The notes beneath the pieces were generated by a model that made no database searches, had not been told where the DNA came from, and saw only the letters and a program-made list of their open reading frames with translations. From Oikopleura dioica (Eukaryota > Animalia > Chordata), in the NCBI GenBank assembly GCA_907165135.1, contig OU015567.1, forward strand, positions 11,160,001 to 11,224,000: a stretch of DNA of 64,000 bases, read 5' to 3'. Position numbers and translations under genes: made by a program. This document shows, one piece after another, positions 52,301 through 61,969 of the stretch. Position 1 is the stretch's first letter. Each line of letters opens with the position of its first letter.

Positions 52301-55300
52301 TAAGTGACTCTGGAACAACTGCACGTGGGCCGCGTCGATCATTTATCACGAGAGCGTTCGATGTGCGGCAAATAGCGAGCTTCTTTTCGATTTTCAGAAA
52401 ATGGCTCCGGCGGTGGTCTTTTCCGTCGATAACAGTGGCTAGACTCACTTCTGAATTTGAATCCTGAGCCCTTTTTACCGCACCAATAATCGTTTTTAGA
52501 AATGGATCATCTTCCTGGTACGCAGCTAGACAACCAAGTGGGCCGTCAAGTTTCTCCTCCTCAAGTGGGCGCAGAATCCTCGCTGTGTGTACGGCTACTA
52601 GTTGCCGCGCGTTTTTCGGGATCTTCGCTGGATCGGAGCACCAAGAAGGTATGTAGACGACTAGTTTCGAGTCGCCAATGGTCAAGAATCTGCCCGCGTT
52701 TCTGGCTTGATCGAGCTTCGGTTTCTCACTGTCTTCTGCTCCGAAGGGGCGTGAAAGCCAGTCCGCAAAGGTGTTTTTCTGGCCGCGGATAAATTCAAGG
52801 ACGAAGTCGTACTCGGATAGTCGGAGTTGCCAACGGGCAATTTTACTGTTTTTGAAAACAGTTTTGTCGAGATAAGTTAAACTCGCGTGGTCTGTATGGA
52901 CCACAAATTTGGTCCCTTTGAGTATTTTCGAGAGTTTTTCGATTGACCAAAGCACTCCGAAAGCCTCTTTTTCGCTCACATTCCAGTTTCTCTCCGTTTT
53001 ACTGAATGTTTTAGATACAGCGCCGACAAGTCTTGTCGTGCCGTCGATGATCTGTGTCAATACGCCGCCACATGCAGTCAGCGAAGCGTCCGTGTGAAGT
53101 GCGAACGGGTGGCGGAAGTCTGGAAAATTGATGACCGGCATGGACGACAGTCTGGACTTGAGCTTCGAATATGCTTCATCCGCTTCATCGGACCAGACAA
53201 AGGGAGGCGGAACGTATCCGCGTTTACATGGGACGAGCAGGTTAGTAATCGGCTTCATTACTGCTGCGAAAAGATTTTCACCGATTTTCTCGCCCATTCT
53301 CGCTTCCGAAAATTGTTTCAACCATGTTAGACTGCCCACCAAGCTTCGGAGCTCTTTGTGGTTGGTAGGGACAGGCATTTTCAAGAGCGCCTCGGTGTAG
53401 TCTGGATCTGGTTTGACCCCATTTTTAGTAATGACCCGGCCGAGGAACTTGGCTTCCGTCTGGAGAAATTGGCATTTTGATGGCTTCAATCGGACACCAA
53501 AAGCAACCACCGCAGCCAAGAGTTGGCGGAGTGACTTGCGATACGTCGCGAACGAGTCGCCGAACTGGATGACGTCGTCGACGTAGTTGGCCACGTTTTG
53601 GCGCATTTTCACCGTGTCGAGCATTCTGGCGACGCTGCGGGAGAATATCGCTCCGGAAAATGTATAGCCAAATGGCACCCTTGTGAATGCGTATGTCTTC
53701 CCTTTCCACTGGAATGCAGTTTTCACCTGGTCTTCCTCTTTCAAACGGATTTGCCAGTAACCACTCTCAAGGTCCACGCAAGTGAAGTACTTTTGGCCTT
53801 CTCCGAGACTGGCTATGATCTCGTCCATTGCTGGCATCAAAAATGGATCGGACTGTGGGGACAAGCACTGGTTTACTGTCGGAGCGAAGTTAACGACAAA
53901 TCTTGTCGATTTGTCCTTTTTGTCGACCAGCATAATCGCGCTGTTCCATCCTTTTGGATCGTCGATTTCGCGAATTGCTCCTCTGGTCAGCATTTTATCG
54001 ACATGGTCGTCGACGAGTGGGTGTTGTGCCAGCGGGATTGGATGCTGCTTGCGATTTCGTACCTCGCCTGGTACAGTACGTAGCTCAGCTTCTTCCGGAA
54101 AGACGCCAAGTTCAGTTGAGCTAGTGGCAAACGCCTTGCTGAACTCTTTAAGGTCACCAGCGACGATAAGACGTTCTTCAAGTGGCGCGCTGCTCGGCAG
54201 ATCTATACCCAAGTTCCGTTTTACCCACAAGATTGGGTTATCCCTGTTAGCTTGGTGATTTTCGTCCCCGCCGTCTGGTTTGGCGCACCCAACTCGGTAA
54301 TCCTTTACGAGCGGGACCTTCAGTGGGGGATGTGACTTGTACCGACCGTCGAAAATCAGGCGAAAGCTGTTCCGACCGAGTTCAACTGCGCGAACGTCTC
54401 GGCCGCGGATGACGTCTCGTCCCAGCAGGCATGGGCACGTCTCCAAAATGTACACATTGGCATCGAGTTCCGGTCCAGAGCCGAATCGAAGTTTCAGCTG
54501 TAGTAACCCAAGTGGGCTTTGAGCTCGACCGTAGAGCCCCGAAATCGTCAACGGAGCGGGCTTGAGTGACTTCAACATTGCTGCTGGAATTACTCGCCGC
54601 GGCAGTATCGTGGAGAAGCTGCCAGAGTCGATTTCGCATTTGATCTCGAATGACCCGTGTTGGTTCGCAAAGGATGCACTAGCAATAAATGGGTCTTCCA
54701 CTAGTGCAGGTAAGGATTGGTACACCGGAGCGGCTCGAAGAACTGCGAGCGATAGCGCGTCTTCGCTGAAGTCTTCGTCGTGGTCAGCCTCGGTTATGTG
54801 CACTTTTTGGTCGTTTTGACCGTCATCTCCGTCATCCTTAGCCTTTTTACCACTTTTCTGGCCGTTTTGACCCTTTCGACCTTGTTGGCCTTTTTGATTT
54901 TGGCCTTTTTGGTTTTGGCCTTTTTGATTCTGGCCTTTGAAGTTCTTCCCATGCCCATTTTTCTTTCCGTTATACTTCGGTTTACCAACATAGTGCGTAT
55001 TTCCTTCTGTCGGACTCATATTACGTCTTAGGCTTTCGGCGGCGGCGGCGAGTTCATCTGCTTTGAAAATATCCTTCATCCGGTCGATGAGCATGTTGTA
55101 CAACTCGGGCATGTTGACGCGCAGTTTCTCGGTCAGCAGATGCGTCGCGAAGATATTGAAGCAGTCCTGGGCGGACATCTCTTTGTCCTTGTGTGCCCTT
55201 CGGAACTCCTTTGCGCTAGCTTCGTAAGCTTCGTTCAGTTTCGTCTGAACTTTCCCGGCGTAGTCATGGACTGGAAGAGCAATGTCGAACTCGATGTTGG

Positions 55301-56959
55301 CCGCTTCCGATATAACCAACAGGTGGTTTAGCTTTCCTCCGAATTGGTCGTTGATCAGCTTTTTAGCTTTTTGGTACGTGTCGCATGCGTCGAGTTGCTG
55401 GCCAATGGATCTGGACGGAGCAACGTCAAGGTGAGCTCTTAGACACGAAAGAAAAAAATTTTCTTTATCAGGATCAGCCCTCTTCAAAGTTCGATCGTAG
55501 ATGTATGACTTGAAGAAGCTGTCGGCGAGTCCAATGAAATTATCAGTTTCGGTTGGACTAGTGCCTTGGAATTTTGACGATCCGAAGTGTCTGGAGAAGG
55601 CATTATTGATCACTGACGCCGAAATCGCCGACTGACTATTCGACGAAGAAGATACGGAGCCGAGCGGAAGTTTTCCCGACATGACGAGTTTCGTTACTGC
55701 CGCGATGTTATTTTCAACTTCCTGTAATTTACTTTCTAGTGCTGTGCGGCTAGCTGCATCTTCTATATCTTCGAGGCCTTCAGCGTAAGCTTCCTTCTTA
55801 GCTTCGAGCTTTTTGTTTATTTCGAGCGCTTTCTGGACCGTTGTGATGCTATCCAAGTCGAATTTAACAGCTGGCATAGTTCGAGCGGGGACCTTGATTC
55901 GACTGGTTAACTGTAAGCTGAGGTCAGTACCTGGACCGATCCCTCTGACTCAAGTTTTGGATACTTGGTCAGATTCTAGGGATATTCGGTCTGCGAAGGG
56001 ATTCGGCAAAACCACTGGAATACTGTGACGAGATGAGATGGTTGAGGAGCAGCGAGCAAGCGTGTCGAAATTGGGCGTAAGTTATCTGTGAGACTAGCAA
56101 ACTACCTCGGCAGTTCCCTCTGACGCAAGTTTTGGACTACTTGGTCAGATTATAGGGACTTTCGGTGCGCAAAGAGCAGCAGAAATCCCCAAAAGTGCCA
56201 GATCGCAGATTTGCACCAGTTGACGTGCTTGTTAGAGAAGGTAACGTTGATAACGGAATCGACGATCAGATTGATTAGCAGCCCAGGTAAAACTAACGAG
56301 AAGAAGTATCGGAAGAACTGGATTTGTACCTGGCCTGACCCCTGTGACCTTGAGAGAAAGTCACTTGGAGGGGCGTACGATGCGAAAAATTTTGGCGGGC
56401 GAAGTTGTTGTCGACGTTGATAAATTCAGTTGGAGAGCGCGCGGAATGTTTTTGTCGTTGAGTCCCTCGAGCCGTTTTTGACGACTTGGAACGGATTCGA
56501 CAGCTTCCAGAAGACGAAGAAAGGATGTACGTACGTGGGGTTGTTGATTGGAGGGTTTAACTAGGTTCGTTGGATCCAAAAATAAGTACCGGTTTGTGTT
56601 TTTGTGTTACTCGAGGAGCCGTCTTGAACTTCGCAAAAGATCACGAGACACCACTTGTAAGGCTGCAAGTTCTCTGGCGAGGACCTTCTTCCACCTGCGA
56701 TATCTCTGCGGTAAATGCTATAGAAGCGAGGCTCGAATCTAGGTGTAGCTCGAGTATTTATTACAAGACGACTGATGCGCTAGGCGCCGGACAGTAAGAG
56801 CGCGGCCTCAGATAAAGATCTAACGCCTCAGGATTTGCATCCTCACAACCTTTAATTTAAGTCAACAATTTTCCTTTTTTTGCTCTTTACCTTTTTTGGT
56901 TTACGATCATTGTCAACTGGGTTGCATTCCATCGGTTCTGGACTTGTGAAGTTAACCAT
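49337..56959 (-). CDS. Orphan charged/hydrophilic protein gene, 7 exons, host of the LTR retrotransposon
   Basis: Exon 1 (56891-56959) reads MVNFTSPEPMECNPVDNDRKPKK. Exon 2 starts at 50306 (VNHKIADHQNNY..), and five more exons join through phase-compatible ~40 nt GT-AG introns to TAA at 49337. The empty-site reconstruction gives a 41 nt first intron. Confidence 0.8.
50309..56847 (-). mobile_element. Full-length Ty3/gypsy LTR retrotransposon (Tor-like), very recent insertion
   Basis: Identical 192 bp LTRs (50309-50500, 56656-56847) with TG..CA ends. 4 bp TSD ACCT (50305-50308, 56848-56851). PPT GAGGGGGA (50501-50508). TGG-starting PBS-like site 2 nt inside the 5' LTR (~56636-56653). AATAAA within the LTR. 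Confidence 0.97.
50604..55877 (-). CDS. Single gag-pol ORF (1757 aa): Gag, protease, RT, RNase H, integrase; no env
   Basis: PR IDSGS, RT DLESGYWQI..PFG..YVDD, RNase H LHTDAS..KEAFGVLWSI..HTDH, IN zinc-binding H..GH..C..C and core DYV..SDRGLHF..NGIVER, in gypsy domain order. Confidence 0.97.
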   Translation of the reverse strand: MPAVKFDLDSITTVQKALEINKKLEAKKEAYAEGLEDIEDAASRTALESKLQEVENNIAAVTKLVMSGKLPLGSVSSSSNSQSAISASVINNAFSRHFGSSKFQGTSPTETDNFIGLADSFFKSYIYDRTLKRADPDKENFFLSCLRAHLDVAPSRSIGQQLDACDTYQKAKKLINDQFGGKLNHLLVISEAANIEFDIALPVHDYAGKVQTKLNEAYEASAKEFRRAHKDKEMSAQDCFNIFATHLLTEKLRVNMPELYNMLIDRMKDIFKADELAAAAESLRRNMSPTEGNTHYVGKPKYNGKKNGHGKNFKGQNQKGQNQKGQNQKGQQGRKGQNGQKSGKKAKDDGDDGQNDQKVHITEADHDEDFSEDALSLAVLRAAPVYQSLPALVEDPFIASASFANQHGSFEIKCEIDSGSFSTILPRRVIPAAMLKSLKPAPLTISGLYGRAQSPLGLLQLKLRFGSGPELDANVYILETCPCLLGRDVIRGRDVRAVELGRNSFRLIFDGRYKSHPPLKVPLVKDYRVGCAKPDGGDENHQANRDNPILWVKRNLGIDLPSSAPLEERLIVAGDLKEFSKAFATSSTELGVFPEEAELRTVPGEVRNRKQHPIPLAQHPLVDDHVDKMLTRGAIREIDDPKGWNSAIMLVDKKDKSTRFVVNFAPTVNQCLSPQSDPFLMPAMDEIIASLGEGQKYFTCVDLESGYWQIRLKEEDQVKTAFQWKGKTYAFTRVPFGYTFSGAIFSRSVARMLDTVKMRQNVANYVDDVIQFGDSFATYRKSLRQLLAAVVAFGVRLKPSKCQFLQTEAKFLGRVITKNGVKPDPDYTEALLKMPVPTNHKELRSLVGSLTWLKQFSEARMGEKIGENLFAAVMKPITNLLVPCKRGYVPPPFVWSDEADEAYSKLKSRLSSMPVINFPDFRHPFALHTDASLTACGGVLTQIIDGTTRLVGAVSKTFSKTERNWNVSEKEAFGVLWSIEKLSKILKGTKFVVHTDHASLTYLDKTVFKNSKIARWQLRLSEYDFVLEFIRGQKNTFADWLSRPFGAEDSEKPKLDQARNAGRFLTIGDSKLVVYIPSWCSDPAKIPKNARQLVAVHTARILRPLEEEKLDGPLGCLAAYQEDDPFLKTIIGAVKRAQDSNSEVSLATVIDGKDHRRSHFLKIEKKLAICRTSNALVINDRRGPRAVVPESLRSTFVKRAHDLKGHCGLPRMKEHLKLLWWINMDADCLNYVRSCKSCLKVKGAHGRPQAPPTGTVRKGRHPGDILCIDYVTMKTPASGCKYLLTIICAFSRFLWAVPCRKDNAFSAAQALTQVCLQYDFWPNRVHSDRGLHFTNALLDEFFKSNKIDHTLTCAWRPEANGIVERSHRSLKNGLYSMSHSENMDWKQCLPYVLRAMNASKSKATGQIPRDCWLGTARIDKAADNPGEYGNSVRKRIERVSKLVEVANMAAELDSDRRNEKKLPPSTLTEGQLVYLKRDLNSQGKTTGLKYVGPLRLIKSNESVCMVEDGRKRRDWVYRGHVVPADERAEHLHQVDRIHRDEELYIWQHLTSIVEDRAKPSNFPSEGDESHKTRNSADAPPKSAEIGTPKILGEQLRNNTEKSTEGEKSASETLQNQSITPVKQPLQNSEVSPEPQNSSSSSSSDHQILYPADATMRSVDPTFVSANSSLEDSRNSEDFSEAENELSIIAGAVDQSAPAADSTPTNFPTAPLTVPSAPRKRPADSSAVQLHVESATRPKRNRFEPAKLNIASNKGQKY

Positions 56960-57812
56960 TCTAAAATGTTTATTTTAAATTCTTATTCCATGGGCCGTTC
57001 GACATAATTATTTGAATTATCGCCCTTTGTCCTCTCTATAAATTTCTCTTTATTCATTTGCATCTAAAGGTTTATCATTATCTCTCTTAGATTTATTCAT
57101 TTTGAATAAATATTTTTACATGTTTCATTTGCCATTTTAGGCCAATAAACTTTGCTCACATGAGGTTATGCTTTACAAAAGTTTTGTGTCGAACGATTTT
57201 GTCGCCTCAAAATTATTTTTGTTTTAAGTTAACAAACCTTGTTTTAGTCTGTCAGCCGCGTGCGATTGCCTGAAGTTTTCGATCAGCGCCCATTGGATTA
57301 CTTCTTTGTTGTCTTCGCTATTGCCTCTGTTTCGCTAATAGTTCTTGTGTCCCCTTATTTCATTACCTGTTTATACTTGTGTTATTCTAGCGTGAATGCA
57401 GGGTTGTAACTGTTGTTCTCGCGAACGGTTGGAAATTCTAACTTAGGTTCGTTTCGTTCTATTTATTCTTAGGACGTTTCCGTTTTATATGTTTATTATT
57501 CAACTATTAAGCTCAAATTCGAGAACGTTTTTGTTTTTTAAAGTCTTACTGTTTCATTTTATTCGGAGTGAACGGTTTTCGTGTATTTTTTTGGCGGATC
57601 AATTGCTGCTGTCTTCATTTCTCAGCGTTTATTTAAATCATTAAGTGTTCGTATTTGTCCATTGCGAGTCTTTATGGTATTTTTTTGCACCTACCGGCAA
57701 ATTTCACGAATTTCGTGAAAACTGCTGCATTTTTTCGCCAAAAATCTCACTGAAACGCTAATGCTCCGTGTTCAATTGTTCTGATTCGGCTGTAAAAAAA
57801 GGTTTTTTTTGT

Positions 57813-57828
57813 GGCCCTTAAAAGGGCC
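57813..57828 (-). terminator. Replication-dependent histone mRNA 3' stem-loop
   Basis: The minus strand reads AAACA-GGCCCT-TTTA-AGGGCC-ACAAA, 24 nt after the stop of the H3-like ORF. This fits the 6 bp stem / 4 nt loop consensus. Confidence 0.85.
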
Positions 57829-57852
57829 TGTTTTGAAGAGCCAGGTCGGTTC

Positions 57853-58242
57853 TTATCGTCGTCCTCGCAATCGCAGGGCGAGTTCCATGTCGCGCTTTTG
57901 AAGCGTCTTTCTTTTGGCGTGGGTGGTGAACTCTCCCGCATCGTTGAAGATGTCCACAATTCTGCTCTCTACAGCAGTTTGGAGTGCTTCGAGAGCTTTA
58001 GACGCGATGCGGAGGGGGTATTGGATGGTCTTGACCACTTCCTTGGTGAGGCGGGCGAAGGGGAGTTTTCGAATCAGCAGCTGCGTGGACAGTTGCATGT
58101 CGATGGCCTCTCTTTTTGCGACTGTGCCGGGCTTGAACTTGTAGCGCCTTTTCGGGGCGCCATGGCGACATTGACGGTTGTTGCAAGGGGCAGCGACGCT
58201 ACATGTGCCTGTCTTGACGGGGGAGCTTTTGGTTCTTGCCAT
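57853..58242 (-). CDS. Highly divergent, intronless histone H3 variant (129 aa)
   Basis: MARTK start, KPGTVA.RE, STQLLIRKLPFARL, ALEALQ.A.E, HAKRKTL..RDMELA.R.RG. TATAAAA box at 58301-58307 and a histone stem-loop downstream. Confidence 0.92.
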   Translation of the reverse strand: MARTKSSPVKTGTCSVAAPCNNRQCRHGAPKRRYKFKPGTVAKREAIDMQLSTQLLIRKLPFARLTKEVVKTIQYPLRIASKALEALQTAVESRIVDIFNDAGEFTTHAKRKTLQKRDMELALRLRGRR

Positions 58243-58542
58243 TCGCTTAGTCTTCGCTGTGTTCAGGTTGGACTGTGGTTGGCTGTGCTCCTGTCATCCC
58301 TTTTATAATTTGGGTTGCGATGTGAGGGAGACAACCCTTTCCCCCAAAAAGGGTTTAACTACAAACAATTCTAGAGAAAACTTTCCGGTGGCCAATAAAT
58401 TGTCAGAATTTTGGTTTCCTCCCTTTTTTGGTCTAGAATTTTTAACGTTTTTTTGTGGATTTCCGACTTAAATATCTTATGTTCTTGATTTTTTGCCATT
58501 ATTTGCTTGTTAAATTTGTATTTATTTTAATTTTTAGAAATT

Positions 58543-60178
58543 ATGGCCGTCGAAAATCGGATGATTTTGTGGTTCGAAGAGTGCTGTCATAATATCTTGG
58601 CGGAGAACGTTGATGATGCTTTAAAAATGGCTGAGAGTGAAAGCGAAGCATGCAAAAAATTTCTTAGAGTAAATGCCATTAATTGGTCTCCGAAATTTAT
58701 CCTTCTGCGCATTACGATCAAAGAAAGATTGAAGATTGCAATTTCGGACCAAATCCCATTGGAAAGGATTGAAAAAATCGTTCTCTATGACGCGGATGAT
58801 AACAAAATTCAACTTATCTCCGAAGAATCGATTGAAGCAGGTTTCTGGGAGTCAGTTAACGATTTACTTGTTTGCCCAAATGGAATATTGAAGAAAGACG
58901 TTAACTTAAGAAAACAATATGATCAATCTGCGATTCAAATGGCAGATGAAATAATAAGGAACTGTGATTCTTGCTCTGTTAAAACTTGGGCTGAACGCAA
59001 TGACAGATTTGATTCTGAAGATTGGACGAATAATCTGCTGATATGTATCAAAGGAAGATCCTGTAACGAGACACGAATAGAAAGCTGGGTGACTGCGCTC
59101 AAGGCGAGAGAGTCTTGTTTGGGAGACTTAAAATGGAGAATCAAATTCGGACCTTATTCATTTACTCCGGTAAGGACTTGAAATATTTTGCATTTTATCG
59201 TTTTTCTTTTAGAAGTGCTTCCCTTCTGGTAAAACAACTGCAAAGGATTGCATAACAATCAAACCGCCGCATCTTAAATGGAAACCTGATGTTAGAATGA
59301 TTGAAGAAATCAAGAAGATGTCTGACTATGGCGTAACAATATTTGAAAACTATGTTAATTTTCACCCTGCGGATTTATCTCGTCTCTCCGAAGATAGATA
59401 TATCATCAGAAAGTGCATGGCAATCTTCAACGCGAACAGGAACAATATCGAGATGGCTTTACTGAATAAGCCTAGGGCACTTAACATCCTGCTTTCTTTG
59501 TTGGATGATGAATCAAACTCCGATGGGACAATGATGACTATTCTCGACGAAATTTCTAATGCCAGGATGGCTCAATCTGAAAAACATTTGCTTAAAGAGC
59601 TTGAAAAACTGCTCTCAAAGCTTTATCCCTCCAAAAAATCAGTTGCCGCGCGCAAGATAACACTTGAGAAAATAAGAAAAAGCGAGAGAAGATGGAACTG
59701 GGTGGACATAATTCAGGAAAAATTTGACCTGGACGTTGTTGTCATGCATGAAATAAAACAGTTCGGCCGTAAGCTTTCTAATGGAATCGATACTAATGAC
59801 GTGATTGTACGGCTTCTCGACAAAATAACCTGGCGAAATGGTCATTTTGGTATGGAACAGCGTGTCAAATCCCGTGGATATAATCATGACGATCATCATT
59901 TCTGTTGGTTTGGTAATAATGAAGAGGAAATTATAAGAACATTCATCGAATACATCACCGGAAACGCTGTTTCACAGCAAGAATTATTTCAATTATTTGG
60001 TCATTTTAATAAGGACGAATTGCTTAATCAAAGCCCCAGTGAAGAGCTCGATGGACAGAATAGACAATGTAGAAAAAGGTCGGGTGCTAAGGTGGACCGA
60101 ATGAATACAGTCGAAAACAGATGTCCTTGCATCAAGTTTGTTGAAAAACATGAGGAATCGTCAAAGAAAAATGTCTAG
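58543..60178 (+). CDS. Orphan gene, two exons (58543-59169, 59213-60178), ~530 aa
   Basis: The 212-aa and 293-aa ORFs join in phase 0 across a 43 nt GT-AG intron. No domain recognised. Confidence 0.75.
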
Positions 60179-60867
60179 CTAAAAAAAAATTTCTGCATAT
60201 CCTTCATAATTGCCTTACTTCCAAATTATTTCATTCCGTCGTATATCATTAATCTGCCAATAACGCTGCTTTGTCAATAAGACGAATAACAAAAATATAC
60301 GCGATTTAAAAAAAATGCAATTTTGAAATGAAAATTCGCATTTTTATTTTTAAAGAAGATTAATGCATAAGTTAGAATCAATCAACTATCTCAGAGAATA
60401 TTTGATATATTGATCTTCTAGAAGTCAATGTGTAGCTTTAGTAGCAGGTTAATCATATCGTTCTGCAATTTTTGGAATCTGGATTCTGATTTATAATTTA
60501 ATATGAATTAAACGGGTGTTTTAGAAGTCTTCCTGGTGCCCAAACAAAGCTTTTGTATAGTAATCGCATAAAATTTTTACTCATCTCAGCGCATGAAAAT
60601 CATCTTGTATCCTTTAAAAAATGCTGGTTCTTCTTCGATCGACTTGACGCATTGTTGTTCGTTTTTATTTTGGTCACTTTCGGCTGGCAGTACCTCGTAA
60701 ATAATTACCGGCTCTTCGAGTCAAAGTTCTCTTGAAATTCAGAAAATATAAGAGCCACTAGAATCTGGTGTTCATGGGCTTTCGATTGATTCGCCGAACT
60801 TTGAAATTTACTTAAATCTTGTTTTTGGGTTTTCTCTTGGTCTGAATTCTCGCGAGAGTCCCCTTTC

Positions 60868-61066
60868 CGCTTCGAACTGAATACACTTCGAGTGGAATAC
60901 ACTTCGAGTGAAATACATCTGAGTTAAAAATTGGCTTTTTCAGAATAACTGTAAAATAATAATCTGAATATTTAAACTTACTCTGGACTCCAAGAGTCTG
61001 AAGTTTCATAATAACTGCTACCTATCTATTTTCTGTCTTTTCTATTGATGCACGCGGAGCGTGCCA
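60868..61066. repeat. Diverged second copy of the 46.9-47.5 kb repeat family
   Basis: 16 bp AATACACTTCGAGTG(G/A) repeats at ~60880-60918 and a GCACGC-GGA-GCGTGC hairpin at ~61050-61064, in the same order as the first copy. Confidence 0.6.
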
Positions 61067-61421
61067 TTTTAAAAAACGTTATTGTGAGGATTGATTATGC
61101 TTCCCTTTTTCCTTCTTAAATACTCTGCAGTTTTTCCTCATTTTGGTTGAATTTGTTGTTTTTGCGCATTGCAATCGCTTAATTGTGGCTTTTCGATAAA
61201 TTGGCAAAATAATGCAATCAGGCGTAGTCTATTTCTGTTGCTTCACATTGGTTGAGGACTCGCTTGGTTAAGCAGTTTACTTTGAATCAAATACCACTTG
61301 GGTGGGATACATTTATTCTTAACAGGTCTCGCTTATTGATTTTGAGACTGTTTCCTTTATGTCTTCTTTAAAAATCATCTTTGTTAAGATTTTTTGCTTA
61401 TTTTTTTGAGAGTTTTATTTT

Positions 61422-61969
61422 AATTCTCTAGAAAAAGTGGTGTTTCTCACCTACCTGAGAAGCTCAAAACACTTCTCAGTATGCTTCTCAGGCTCTAGAA
61501 AAAATTTGTTTACAAAAACAAGTTCCCAAAACAAATTCTTTCTAGAGCCTGAGAAGCACACTGAGAAGTGTTTTGAGCTTCTCAGGTAGGTGAGAAACAC
61601 CACTTTTTCTAGAGAATTGTCGTTGTCAAGATTTGTCGTTAATTCTGAATGAGTATTCTTGTTTTTTTTTGTGATGTTGCACTCCATTCTATTTTCGCTA
61701 GGAAATGAAAGTTTAAAGACTGGGAGTTTTGGTATTCCGATAGTTTTATTTAAATTCTCTAGAAAACCTGGTGTTTCCCGCCGAACTGAGAAGCGCAAAA
61801 AACTTCTGCGTGTTCTTCTCAGGCTCTAGAAAAAATTTGTTTACAAAAACTCCACTCTTTTTGGACATATAATTCTCAAAACAAATTTTTTCTAGAGCCT
61901 GAGAAGAACACGCAGAAGTGCTTTGCGCCTCTCAGTTCGGCGAGAAACACCAGGTTTTCTAGCGAATTT
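61422..61969. repeat. Two tandem ~200 bp palindromes (61422-61618, 61752-61969) within a ~330 bp duplicated unit; foldback/MITE-like
   Basis: Each copy has arms of ~80-90 bp (AATTCTCTAGAAAA..TTTTCTAGAGAATT) around a short spacer. The flanking sequence is also duplicated. Confidence 0.9.

Noticed and set aside
56636-56653. Assignment of the primer-binding site to a specific tRNA
   Set aside because: Only the terminal ACACCA resembles tRNA ends I can recall. It needs comparison with the species tRNA set.
57248-57409. 54-codon hydrophobic open segment after an AG (SVSRVRLPEVFDQRPLDYFFVVFAIASV..)
   Set aside because: No convincing in-phase upstream exon or start was found, and T-rich DNA readily gives hydrophobic frames.
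59340-59560. Faint CARD/death-fold feel in the orphan protein (..RALNILLSLL..)
   Set aside because: Too few diagnostic residues. A profile search would be needed.
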